Source: Botryllus schlosseri | Taxonomy: Eukaryota | NCBI GenBank assembly: GCA_051294905.1 | Contig: CM119371.1 | Location: forward strand, 35,652,001 to 35,712,000 | Direction of reading: 5' to 3' | DNA length: 60,000 bases | In this document: in pieces, positions 23,701 through 33,853 of the stretch | Position numbering within the stretch: position 1 is the stretch's first letter | Layout of the letters: each line of letters opens with the position of its first letter | Made by a program: the position numbers and the translations under genes | The notes under the pieces: model-generated | Told to the model about the DNA's origin: nothing | What the model saw: only the letters and a program-made list of their open reading frames with translations | Database searches by the model: none

Positions 23701-26700
23701 GTCGCTACTTGAATAGAAGTAGAAGTAACGCCGGAATTTCTACTCTAGTAGAAGTAGGAGAGGCGGTTCGCAAGTAAGTAAGTAGGTAGGCTATTCCACG
23801 CCTATTTTTGCCTATTAAACTGAAAACTGTCAAGTAGAAATAGAGGTAGTATATAATTAAAACTACTTAATTGGTAGTGCGAGTAGGCAAAATCTAAATA
23901 CTTCAAAAAGTAGAAGTACTTCGTTACTGACCACCTCTGGTACGTACGTCTACTAGTAATCTATATGTCACATGCTCACAGATTTATTGTGACGTCACAG
24001 AGGGTCACACAAAATTACGATTTGGCGTCTATAGTACTTGCGGTTACAAGCGTCCATTTGTGTCACTTCATGTGTTTGGCTAGCAGCTTACCTGTTGGCC
24101 AGCTGGCCAACGTTGAAAGAATACTCGCTACTTCTGCTTGTCACTGTTTATACTGATCGCTTCTAATGAAGGCAAAACCAATGGGCAGCCTATTTTCTGA
24201 AGCTCATACCCTCACCAAGCCAAATTATTAAAGTGCGATCAGTTTAACATGGAATGGTCGTCGGAGCATGTGAAAACGGAAGACAAAACTAGGTACGCCC
24301 GAAAACGTTCAATTATTATTTAGGGGTCCTACCTTTTCCAACGCACCTGACTCGGTCAGCTCAACCAGTAAATTTGATTACGTGAGCAGATAGAGCATAA
24401 AAATTGATAGCACTATACCGATTCTATCATGAATTATAAAAAAGTCTCGCGCTGCGCGCGATCAGGCCGCACACCCACTAAACGGAAACCAATCTAGATG
24501 ATTAGCATCGGCAAAAAAGCGTCTAGCCAAAGGGGGGTCTGGGCAGAAGCTTGATTTATCACCCTATGGGGGCCTGGTTGCGCAGTGCTGTCCAACGGCC
24601 TGCGCAGTGAGTTGGCGTGTTTGCGCAGACTCGTGAAAAATTAGAGGGAACATTGGTCGTGGCTATAGTTATATTATGCGTCAGCGGTCGTCCAACCCGA
24701 ATCTACTATCGTAGGGTTACCATATGTCCTTCTGTAGGAGGATTTGTCCCCATTTCTAACGAAATTGAAAATGTCATCCCAGGACGTCTAAATGTCCTTC
24801 TCTTTGACATTTCGTCCCCCATTACAGCTTTTGCAGCTAGGATAATGGAGAGAGTCAAATGAAAATCGGCATAAACGAAGTGAAATAGGGGATACGGACG
24901 TTCGAGCGGATCATTCGTGAGTCGAACGAACGTGATGACTTTATTTGTTTAGTCAACACCACCAAATTAACGCAAGTGGGTAAATCGGCGGTAAAGTCAA
25001 GATGGTGACCTTTTGTAGTCAACACAACAAGCTTTCCAGTAAATATTACTCAATCAGCTGTTTACAAATTCAGTCATCTAGCTTTCATAACCTGGTAGAA
25101 ATGTGTTCCTTTCCCGCTTCCAGTATATGGTAACCCTAAACTATAGAGAAAGTGGTGCAAGTAGACAAATGTACTTGAGTATTCCGGGGTAGTAGGCTAC
25201 TTCGTTACTGTCCACATCTTTTCCTAATACCTTGTACACGTTGCACTTCGTTGTATAATCAGTTCCTGATACGGTACTATTACATTATAGTCTAGGGTAC
25301 GGCCGTTCAGTGACTGGTACGATTCTCTGAACGGATGTTCCTACAAGTACTTCCCGGAGCCGTTGAACTATGCAGCTGCGCGTCAGAAATGCAAAAAGGA
25401 GAGGCGCGGCGCAGATCTGGCAGCGCGAGGAGTTCGCGAAGGAGACGGAAATATTCTCGCGTAAGATTTTCGGTGTCTTGTACAAAGTCAATGGTGGACG
25501 ATCGAGCAGACATGTGGCTTACAGAGGTGGTCGGTAATGGATTAATTTGACTTTGTTTAGATTACTCAAGTCGGATTTATGTACTCGTACTATTTACTCA
25601 AGCGGTTATGCTTTAAAACCGACTTGCTTTTCACACGTTGGATCGTGTAAAGTAAAATATGTTTGTAGTACTTTTTATTGGTGAAATTGTCAGGGAAACT
25701 ATGTGAAATAGCCCTTGTATCACTGTTATTGAATATATTTTCGAACATCGCACCTGTTTACCGTGTCACTCATTACCCATTTTAAAGACGAAAGTAGCCA
25801 TCTTGGATTTACTTCTACTTTTTGAATTTGTTCACGTGAGTACTTCTCGGACGGCCAAGAGTGACATTTCATTGTAATTTCGAAGAATAGTAAAGGTACT
25901 AAACTACTGGTATTTCGTGTATTAGTACTGGTACTTGATATGCGACCAAAAACTGTTAGAAGTGAGGAAAATTAGTATACTATGGATTTGAAGCATAGGA
26001 TATAAACGAGCAGAGTTTTGAAAAGTGAGTTTAACAAGACTTTATCTTGAAACTGGACAGTCAACACAATTACTTGAACTCGGACTGGAGTCATACCTAA
26101 GGTTGAATTTAAAACAAATGTTTGTTTAAAAAACCTTGTTTAAAACCTGTTTTAAAGAATGTTTAAAAGAAAAGTCATTTGAAAAAAAGTCCCTTTTTTC
26201 AAGTTATGCTATAATTGTGTAAATACTTTACAAAAGACATGTTGTATAAGCCTACGAATGATTACCCCCCCCCCTGATATAGTCGATGTATACGATATGG
26301 GACGGTTGGAACACTCGAAATAGTCGGTTCAACAGCTATAGTACGAAGATATTTTATCAAAGGAGCTATATTAACCCTATATTTTCAAGTGCCAATACCA
26401 ATCCACTATGACGTTACAATTGAATATTACTGAAGTCATGTTTTTAAAAATAAAAAAAAAGAATAAAAAAACATGTTTTAAACAATGGTACTTGTTTTAA
26501 AAATGTTTGTTTTAAATTGATTTTTGTTTTAAATGCAACCCTAGTCGTAAGACAATAACTCGGACTCGAGCATCTGCTGGCGGACTTGGACTCGAACTTG
26601 ACTCGGTGGTGAAATGAAAATGACTCGACTTGACTCGAGTCAAAACTATAACAGCGAGATTGACTTGGGACTGGGATCCTTGTGACTTGTATGGTTACAA

Positions 26701-28633
26701 CCCTGTCTCATACCCTTGTTTTCTATTGTCAGTTGAAATGGTTTTTCACATGTCTTCGATATCGCTACTTCAACTGGTAATTCAGTAGAATATTCGGGGT
26801 TACGTCTAGTTCTACTTGATTACCAAATCTGACTGCTGTGACCACCTTTGCTTGACGCTAAAACATTTAAGATTCTCGGTTCCCGAAGGCTAATTAGTAT
26901 ACAGTCGTTCCGAGAGGTATAAGTGCTGAAGGGATTTCAGAACTTCCAAAAGTAAATTGGCCCCACATTCAATTGTATTGAATCACCAATCTCATCTATT
27001 ATCAAGTACATAGCTTAGACCAGTGGTTCTCAACCTTTTTGTCTTCGCGGACCCCTTTGGACCGTCACGGACCCTCGCGGACCCCCTCCAGTTTTAGTTC
27101 AAATTTGGCTCAATTATGGTGCAACCGTCATCTGTCTTGTGCAAATATGGACTGTATATAGGCTTGTGTTGAACAGCAAAAAATGACCTTTCTTGAAAAT
27201 AACACCGTATACTATTTATGTAGAAATTTGAGAGACTTTTATTATGTCAAAGCTAATTTTGCAGCTGTTTGTCCTGAAGTTCGTGGTCGTGTCTTGAAAA
27301 TCCGCATATTAGATTTGATATGAATGAGTGCCGAAACTACATTTCCACACATACAGATGGAGGGTAATGTAATATTATCGAATGTAAACATAGAATGGCA
27401 ACGACCTATTTTGCGGCGTCATTCCGCTTCGCTGTGGCTGGATCCAGAATTGTATTGCGTAAGCGACTTTAGGATTTCCGTCAATCCAAAAGTTATCTTT
27501 CAGAGCGCAGAATTTACTGAATCTGGTCTTGATCGAAAGCTACTGTTGACATTCGATAGTAATATCAACGCGTAACGCTTCCAACGGCACTTTTGGTGTG
27601 CTCGCAACATTTATGGCACCAAAATGAAGAAACGCATTTTTAATGAACTTATCACATTCATTTTTATCTAGCGTTTCATCCGGAAGTTATTCCGGAATAG
27701 TGGTTATTTACACAGGATGAAATGAATTTCGTGACGACGTTTCAATCCCTTCCTTCATTGGGACAAAATAGCGAAAATACTTTCGGAATTTTTATTTGAA
27801 ACGACTGGTAAGTGGTCACTAATTTGATGAGACTGACAACTTCAACGCGAAAAGGTTTCGCCAACATTTCGAAGTCACCCTGATTGACCTTACTATCTCC
27901 ATGTTTTTATTTTTTCTACAAACCCCCAAAAAACGTTTCTAAACGGCAATGTGTTTGTATCAGTAGGTTATTGGCATTTTGGCAATCAAAATGAATTTGC
28001 ACAGTAGGATATTACATGTCAGACGATTATTCCGATGATGTGAGTCATGAGGTTTTAGTAGTTGTGGAGCGAAACTGCCTCATGTTTTCCCACATTAAAA
28101 AAGTACATATCAAGTTTTCAATCACATTGCAAATTTTGATGTCTCGCGGACCCCCTGAAATGGCTTCGCGGACCCCTAGGGGTCCGCGGACCCCCGGTTG
28201 AGAACCACTGGCTTAGACAGTCGGTACATGCAAGCACAACCTAACAAACCCATGGAATGTATACCCATTTGAATTGATATTCGACTCATCTTCACCGACT
28301 GCAATTAATATGAAAGCAAATTATCGTATCCCAAAGTGAACCTGACCTGCACACGGTTTGCCCCATGTGCTAACATGCCGTATTTCAATACTTTAAAAGC
28401 TATATATTCACAGCGACATAAAAGCGCGCACCAAAGCCGAAGAAAACACCTTTTGGATTGGACTCGGAGATGAGGACAACAACAATTCCCTGGAATGGAC
28501 AGACGGCGTGGATCCAGCGATTCCGTTTTCCCCGGTACCTGGAGTCTGTGCTGTGTACGGCCCAGCGGGATTGTTTTTGTACCCGTGCAAGGAGAGATCG
28601 TTTCCACAGCTCTGCAGCATCTGCAGGAGCTAA
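17694..28633 (+). CDS. Gene 2 (spliced, 6 coding exons, 224 aa): paralog of gene 1, secreted cationic-domain C-type lectin-like protein
   Basis: Exons 17694-17751, 18595-18635, 19276-19372, 20147-20235, 25291-25460, 28414-28633. All introns are GT-AG and the 675-nt frame is open. Protein: MKILWLSVIITLLIAVQQSESTKSSDELKKGWEDTISKWLSQGKSCTLAEMSAYQEKIRGKFKLLGIKSGKVSFRKLWAELLARYPRLRGIFHYRSRVRPFSDWYDSLNGCSYKYFPEPLNYAAARQKCKKERRGADLAARGVREGDGNILADIKARTKAEENTFWIGLGDEDNNNSLEWTDGVDPAIPFSPVPGVCAVYGPAGLFLYPCKERSFPQLCSICRS. Confidence 0.88.
18595..18635 (+). CDS. Gene 2 coding exon 2 (41 nt)
   Basis: TTTCTATAG acceptor, GTAAGA donor, ESTKSSDELKKGWE. Confidence 0.85.
18685..19147. mobile_element. GACTCGAGTC-repeat hAT-like MITE in gene 2 intron 2
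   Basis: TIR CAGGGTTGTA / TACAACTCTG, perfect 8-bp TSD ATGCCAAT, (GACTC)n subterminal arrays. Confidence 0.9.
19276..19372 (+). CDS. Gene 2 coding exon 3
   Basis: TATAG acceptor, GTGAGT donor, DTISKWLSQGKSCTLAEMSAYQEKIRGKFKLL. Confidence 0.83.
19510..19745. repeat. Degenerate (AAC/AAT)n and (AATG)n microsatellites
   Basis: AACAATAACAAT tract at 19510-19562 and AATGAATG tract at 19650-19745. Confidence 0.75.
20147..20235 (+). CDS. Gene 2 coding exon 4: cationic amphipathic segment
   Basis: TACAG acceptor, GTATGA donor, GIKSGKVSFRKLWAELLARYPRLRGIFHYR. Confidence 0.8.
20881..21605. mobile_element. Old hAT (Charlie-like) MITE in gene 2 intron 4
   Basis: Ends CAGTAGTTCTCAA / TCGTGAACCGCTG. Flanks CACTAGAG / CACTAGTA (6/8). 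Confidence 0.6.
22203..22722. mobile_element. TGCAAC-repeat hAT-like MITE
   Basis: TIR TAGGGCAAGTTTT / AAAACTTGCCCTG, TSD GTTATCAT / GTTATCAC. Same family as 46649-48139. Confidence 0.85.
22747..24655. mobile_element. TGCGCA-repeat hAT-like (Tip100-type) non-autonomous element
   Basis: TIR CAATGTTCTCTCTAA / TTAGAGGGAACATTG, perfect 8-bp TSD GTCGTGGC. Confidence 0.85.
23678..23939. mobile_element. Intact AGTAGA-repeat hAT-like MITE; reference copy of the most abundant family in the window
   Basis: TIR CAGAGGTGGTCA / TGACCACCTCTG, perfect 8-bp TSD GTACGTAC. Degenerate relatives near 8130-8380, 10650-10810, 11990-12432, 13740-14360, 19760-19955, 20410-20630, 25147-25220, 25522-26850, 43530-43937, 46473-48604 and 59040-59200. 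Confidence 0.9.
24712..25138. mobile_element. hAT (Blackjack-like) MITE
   Basis: TIR TAGGGTTACCATAT / ATATGGTAACCCTA, GTCC motifs, TSD 6/8. Inverted relative at 37418-37825. Confidence 0.8.
25291..25460 (+). CDS. Gene 2 coding exon 5: C-type lectin domain, N-terminal half
   Basis: TATAG acceptor, GTAAGA donor, 170 nt. 37/57 residues identical to gene 1 exon 5 by manual count. Confidence 0.92.
25522..26850. mobile_element. Three-level MITE nest in gene 2 intron 5
   Basis: Outer AGTAGA family (CAGAGGTGGTC...GACCACCTTTG). Middle GACTC family at about 25850-26705. Inner TTTAAAAC-repeat MITE at 26098-26543 (TAAGGTTGAATTTAAAAC / GTTTTAAATGCAACCCTA). Confidence 0.7.
27021..28210 (-). mobile_element. 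Non-autonomous hAT (Charlie/Buster-like) element
   Basis: TIR CAGTGGTTCTCAACC / GGTTGAGAACCACTG, perfect TSD GCTTAGAC, CGCGGACCCC motifs. The minus strand near 27300-27370 reads LPSICMCGNVVSALIHIKSNMR, a degraded hAT dimerisation motif. Confidence 0.9.
28414..28633 (+). CDS. Gene 2 coding exon 6: C-type lectin domain, C-terminal half
   Basis: CACAG acceptor, FWIGL-D...WTDG...C...C...LC, TAA at 28631-28633. 51/72 residues identical to gene 1 exon 6 by manual count. Confidence 0.92.
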
Positions 28634-28658
28634 TCGTGTTTTAATGCTGTACAAGTTG

Positions 28659-28664
28659 AATAAA
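28659..28664 (+). terminator. Polyadenylation signal of gene 2
   Basis: AATAAA about 25 nt after the stop, same AATAAATCGC context as gene 1. Confidence 0.7.
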
Positions 28665-29089
28665 TCGCACAGAGGACGTGTATTTCGTCAATTTTCGAAA
28701 CGTAAAACCGATATTTAGTTAACGACTGATAACTAAGAACACACGCGCACGTAGGGGGGGGGGGTGAGCCCACTGCAAATCCTGCACAGCCGAGACTAAA
28801 ACCACGGCATTTCGGGAAGATGGTCGTGACCAGACCAGCTGCTCTAGTTTCCCCATCCCCGTTCCGATTATTCTCTTCGATTATTCACCAGCTAAAGTGA
28901 TACAGGATTATCGGGTTTGGTATGCTTTCCCCTGTAAACCCGTGTCTTCTCCTGTGGTTGCATTATAATGATTTGTAACGGTGTGAAACTTCAAAAACAT
29001 GTTCCTTTCTTTCGGTAGTAAGAACGATAGATGTCGCCAGCTACATCAATGGCCACGTCGTTGTAGTGAATAGGCCTACATACTATACA

Positions 29090-29380
29090 TCAGGGGCCAC
29101 TCAGGTTTATGATCTGCTTGTGTCAATAATGGTGTTTTCCGTCTACAATGGCCAGTCACACCAGGCCTATGGGCTACTCTACATTATGATTCCGTACACG
29201 CTTACCTATATCACGGGCCACTTCGAGGCTTTTTACGCCGATCAGACGACGAGGAAGAGCCTAGATAAACATCGAAAACTTGGGATGGGATTCAGAAGTC
29301 GGCCTTGGTCAGACTCGAACTCGCAGCCTATTGGTGTTGCAGCTGTGAATCATACCACTACGCTATTCTAGCAGCGGGCC
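29090..29380 (-). mobile_element. tRNA-derived SINE relic
   Basis: Minus strand has A-box-like TAGCGTAGTGG (29355-29365) and B-box-like AGTTCGAGTC (29312-29321) at tRNA spacing, without a full cloverleaf. The 3' boundary is approximate. Confidence 0.55.
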
Positions 29381-29820
29381 GCTCAGACGCCAACCCAATA
29401 TGAGTAAAGAGCAGCTTCCCAAAGTTGTAAGACCGAGGCCGCTAGAGAGCAATATCGTAAAATAATCAACTACAATTTAGCAATGGTTCGTAGACACAAC
29501 CTCAATACTATTTTCTGTTCTCCCACACGTTTTGTTTGGAATCATCTTAACGTTAGGTTCACGCCCACAAATGATCCTTAGTAGAAATTGGACGCTGTGA
29601 AGTGCCTGTGTGTCCACTAATCTTAACATGTACGATCCAAATTCATTGGTTTCAACTTCATATAATTCGCTACATAAGGGCAGCGGGTGAAAAATCGTGA
29701 TAAATTCGTCCTTGGGTACTGGTTTCATAACCATAAGCATCTGTCACGTACGACCAACCAGCGTAAATTAAAAAAAATAAGCTTTCTATCTCGTTCACTA
29801 TAGCTCTCCTCAATCTATAG

Positions 29821-30707
29821 TAGGGGTGACCAACCGTTTTGGCCAAAGGTCCGCATGAGATTTTTCGAACTATTGCGCGGGCCACTCCAGTATTGATGAC
29901 ATTTTGAGTCGTCCTGTGTGGCTCAGCCGGATTAAGTAACGATGAAAGCAAGACTTATATTACTACACACCAAAACATCTAGCATTTACGTCATGAAATA
30001 TCAGTGCGCATTCAGGTCGTAGCCCTCGAAGCGCTGTTATATCTTAAAGTTGACGAATGAGTTGCGTCGATGTTATTGATACATGTATATATAGCATATG
30101 AGAAGCAGTATGCGTCGCCTGGACATATTAATATCGAAGGTTTTGGCTAGCGCGCGTCGATCATTTCGGGCCAAGGTTTTACAACCGGCAGTCATTCTGG
30201 GCGCTCGAGCTCGAGCGAAGTAGTATGTTGACCGACATATGACATATCTTGTGTCAAGGCTCGGCGAAGGCTGGCTCCACTAAACTGAATCATCTTACCG
30301 GCTTCTAACGATACCAGGACTATTCCGTCTCATTCCTGCGAATTCAATGTTTTGTGGCGCCGACAGCAGACGATATATATAAACGTAAGACCTTGGTAGC
30401 TTTCACACCCTATTTTACGTCCACGTGCGAGATTCACTTGAGATTCATTCCTGTAAATTCGACGTATTTTACATTTTCATTTTAGGGCCGGGTAGAAAGC
30501 GCGAAGAAAAAATTTCAACTTACATAAATCTGCCGCGAAATACTCTACTTCATGGACAATTTACAAAGATTTACGAAAAATGTAGCGATGGCATGCCCCA
30601 AATTTCGCAGCCATGCTGTTCATATCATTAGTTGACCCTAGAGCAATTTTTTTTAAATACAGCTTACTTCGAAAATTACCGCGCGGGCCGCAGGTTGATA
30701 TCGCTTG
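29821..30707. mobile_element. hAT (Charlie-like) non-autonomous element
   Basis: Left TAGGGGTGACCAACCGTTTTGGCCAA, right GCGGGCCGCAGGTTGATATCGCTTG. TSD ATCTATAG / CTCTATAG. Related to 56543-57276. Confidence 0.75.
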
Positions 30708-31669
30708 CTCTATAGTCTTTTGTTACAAATACAGAAACAATATTATACACTCCTTCTTATATAGACTATAGATACACAGATTGTTCCAAAATCGCTCACG
30801 GAATGTCTACTTAAACAGCAGAAAGTCTCTAGCGAGAATTCGAAATCAGTGTGAATATGTTAACCAGCTGACAAGAAACTCAATTTGTATATGCAAATAT
30901 TATGAGCGTCAGGTGTTGTTTTAGCATTAAACGCAATATGAAAGGTGCCATTTCCCGAGATGTCATTTATGCGTGATTTGCTGATAGCCCGCACGTTGAT
31001 GATAACTTTGCTAGGATTCCGCTGATGAAATATTTGATACACGACCAAATGAAATCGACCGCCAGACGTACGGAAAGTCATAAAGTTAAGATATTCGTAT
31101 GTTTGCCAGAATTTTCTCTGAAGCTGTGAATAGGCTTTATTAGTCGCCAATAGGCTGTCATCGACGAAAGCAGTATTGAATTTAACAGTTGATCGGATAT
31201 TTAAAGGTTATATTGAAATACTGATGAAATGTCTAATATTTGAAGAGCTTCTTGGAGTTACAGAACTTCTATATATTATTCAAATTTGTTATCTGCAAGT
31301 TACAGTACTGAATTGTGTGCTTGGATACTCATATCGGGACCAAAGTGGTATTCGTCACATCCTTATGTTGAAATCAAGGTTGATCATCGTGTTACCGCGA
31401 ATAAATTCACTGCATCTACCACGAAATCAGCGAAATGAAATGGACATTTACTTTTTGCAAGTCGCAAATATAACGTCAATAATGAAAGACTAGCAAATTT
31501 GACTTCGGAATTAAAACATTGATTGCGATGCAGCGACGATAGAGCTTATTGATCTAATATAACGATTTGATAACAAAGAAGTTGCGTTGCATTAAGATTG
31601 CCTTCGGAGAATCTCGTAGAGTATGAGTATGAGGTTTTATACTTTTGTCTTTGATGTTTTTCGGCATAT

Positions 31670-31915
31670 ACACCCACTCATCATATACATACACATAGTC
31701 TGTGCACATTAATACCATGACTGCATGATATGCGTATGCTGCTGACTCTGGAAGGTGCAGATGTAAGCCTGCTAAATCTTTCCAAGTATTGCACCACCCC
31801 TCCACGCTATCCATGTAATGCTGTGTTCCGAGCGGGGAAGCCATGGATACCGGTGTTACTAATCAGGTATTTGGACTGACCCGTCCCGGATTTGAATCCA
31901 CGACATGCCTCACAT
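31670..31915 (-). mobile_element. tRNA-derived SINE relic
   Basis: Minus-strand B-box GGATTCAAATCC (31888-31899) followed by GGGTCAGTCCAAATAC...GGTATCCATGGCTTCCCCGCTCGGAACACAGCATTA and a (TATG)n-like tail. Confidence 0.6.
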
Positions 31916-33343
31916 TCTTTACATCAGGGTAATAACTTCAGTGATATATTGTAGTGCCTGATCTACTCTATCAACTGCAACTACTCCATCCACCAATCAA
32001 GGATAATCCAAGAATTATCAACGAAAAACTCAAATAACTCCGCTTCTACTATAGTTGGAATTGAGTCAAATTTGTTTTGCATCGTCTTTGTATATGATGG
32101 CTTAAAAATTTCATAGGGTTAACAAAAAAAATCGATTTTTTTAAAAATTTTCCTAAATAAATTAAAATTTTAATTGTATCTCCGGAGCCTTCTACTTGTT
32201 AGAATTGAACCAAATTTAGTGTGCAGCGTTTTTTAGGGTAACCTGACAATTTAATCACTGAATGGCTGGAAAATCCAAAAAGTTATTTTTGAACAGCCCA
32301 CCAACCTGCCAGGTCATTCTTTTTCCCACCAACCATATATTGAGATTTTGGAAAATTTGCCTGAACACTTGAAACATTTCCCCATTCAGGGTCCCCCAAG
32401 ACTCCAAGAAGAATTGAGCGAGCAGCCAGTCCCCATTGCATCAGAATCCTCCTAGAGTCACCCCGTTGTATTATTCTCAACTAGATTGGAGAAATCCCGA
32501 ATACATTTGTTTTCGTACCGTACCATATCGACCTTCCATACAGGTGTGAATGTTGTCACCATGACATTGAGCGTGTAGGCCAACGCTCAGAGGCAAGGGT
32601 TGAATAAATCATGATGTTCAGGGTAAGATAAGATCGATATGCAAATCTTAATACAGCCAAATACTTCATTTATACGAAATCTAGTGATTACTTGCAATAT
32701 AAAAGTGCATATTCATAGCACCTCTAGGTCGCACACGGAATTACTGGCTTGCAACTCCGTAACGCAATCAGCAATGCATCAAGTCACAGGTGTAACAGTT
32801 TTCCAGTAGGCTGTCCGCCATATAATCGTTGAAAACTGTTTACATGTCTACAAGAATGGAAAAGTAATGTTTATTGTTGGAGATTCGTGTTGGGAATCAC
32901 CTATAAGCTTCCAGCAACACAAAGCGATAACGATCTCTGACGAGCAAGAGAAGCGACAGAGCTGTTTTGTAAATAAGGATTACTTTCACTTCATAAGGAT
33001 TCATGCTATAGCGCCGCGAATTTCCAAAATCTCGGACTTGAGACCAAAGTACGAAAACGATTGCCTTTCAATTAGTGCTGAATAGTTTTGTTTCTGGTTA
33101 CATTGCATGGTGACTGGTAGCGGTAACCTCGGTTTCATATTGTTTTGGGCTCCAATGTGCTCTACAATTAGCATGATTATTATGACTGTCTTGGTGAATC
33201 GAGTTATAGCCGCGCACGTGCAGTCTTCGGGCGACGTGTAAAAGTTTATGCAACTAGCGTTTAAGTACAGTTCAGATGTGAACACGATTAATATGTAGAA
33301 ATGAACATGTACAGTTGCCAGCCTACACACTAGAGTTGCACAT

Positions 33344-33853
33344 TAGGGGTGTTCAAAAATGACTTTTTTTCCTCAAATTGTACTGGCTACTTGATAAAAT
33401 TGTTAGGTTACCTAATTCAAGCCTACATACCAAATTTGGTTCAATTCCAGCAAGTAGCCGCATTGCTACTGAAGAAAATTTGGATTTGGATTAATATTAT
33501 TTACGGTTTAATAAATAATTAAAGAATTGGTGACCGTAAATACTATTTTATTGATAATCCAAACATTTCGACGGCAATAACTCCGCTTTCACTGGTTGGA
33601 ATTGATCCAAATTTGGTGAACATCGTTTCTATAGACAACCGAACACTTTCATGGGGTGAACAGAAAATTTTGAAGTTTTGTTTATTTATTTTTATATAAT
33701 ATATAGAAACTTTCTTCTGTAGCAATGCGGCTATTGGCTGGAATTGAACCAAATTTGGTGTGTAGCCTAGGCTTAAATTAGGCAACCTAACAATTTTATC
33801 AAGTATCAAGTAGGTGTACAATTTGAGAAAAAGGTCATTTTTGAACACCCCTA
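33344..33853. mobile_element. Long-TIR (foldback) MITE
   Basis: Arms of more than 130 bp starting TAGGGGTGTTCAAAAATGAC and ending GTCATTTTTGAACACCCCTA. A related half-copy lies at about 32115-32300. Confidence 0.85.

Noticed and set aside
25285..25550. ORFs 25285-25491(-), 25307-25513(-) and 25335-25550(+)
   Set aside because: Alternative frames over gene 2 exon 5.
29300..29380. Functional tRNA gene
   Set aside because: A and B boxes are present but there is no convincing acceptor or anticodon stem; better explained as a SINE head.
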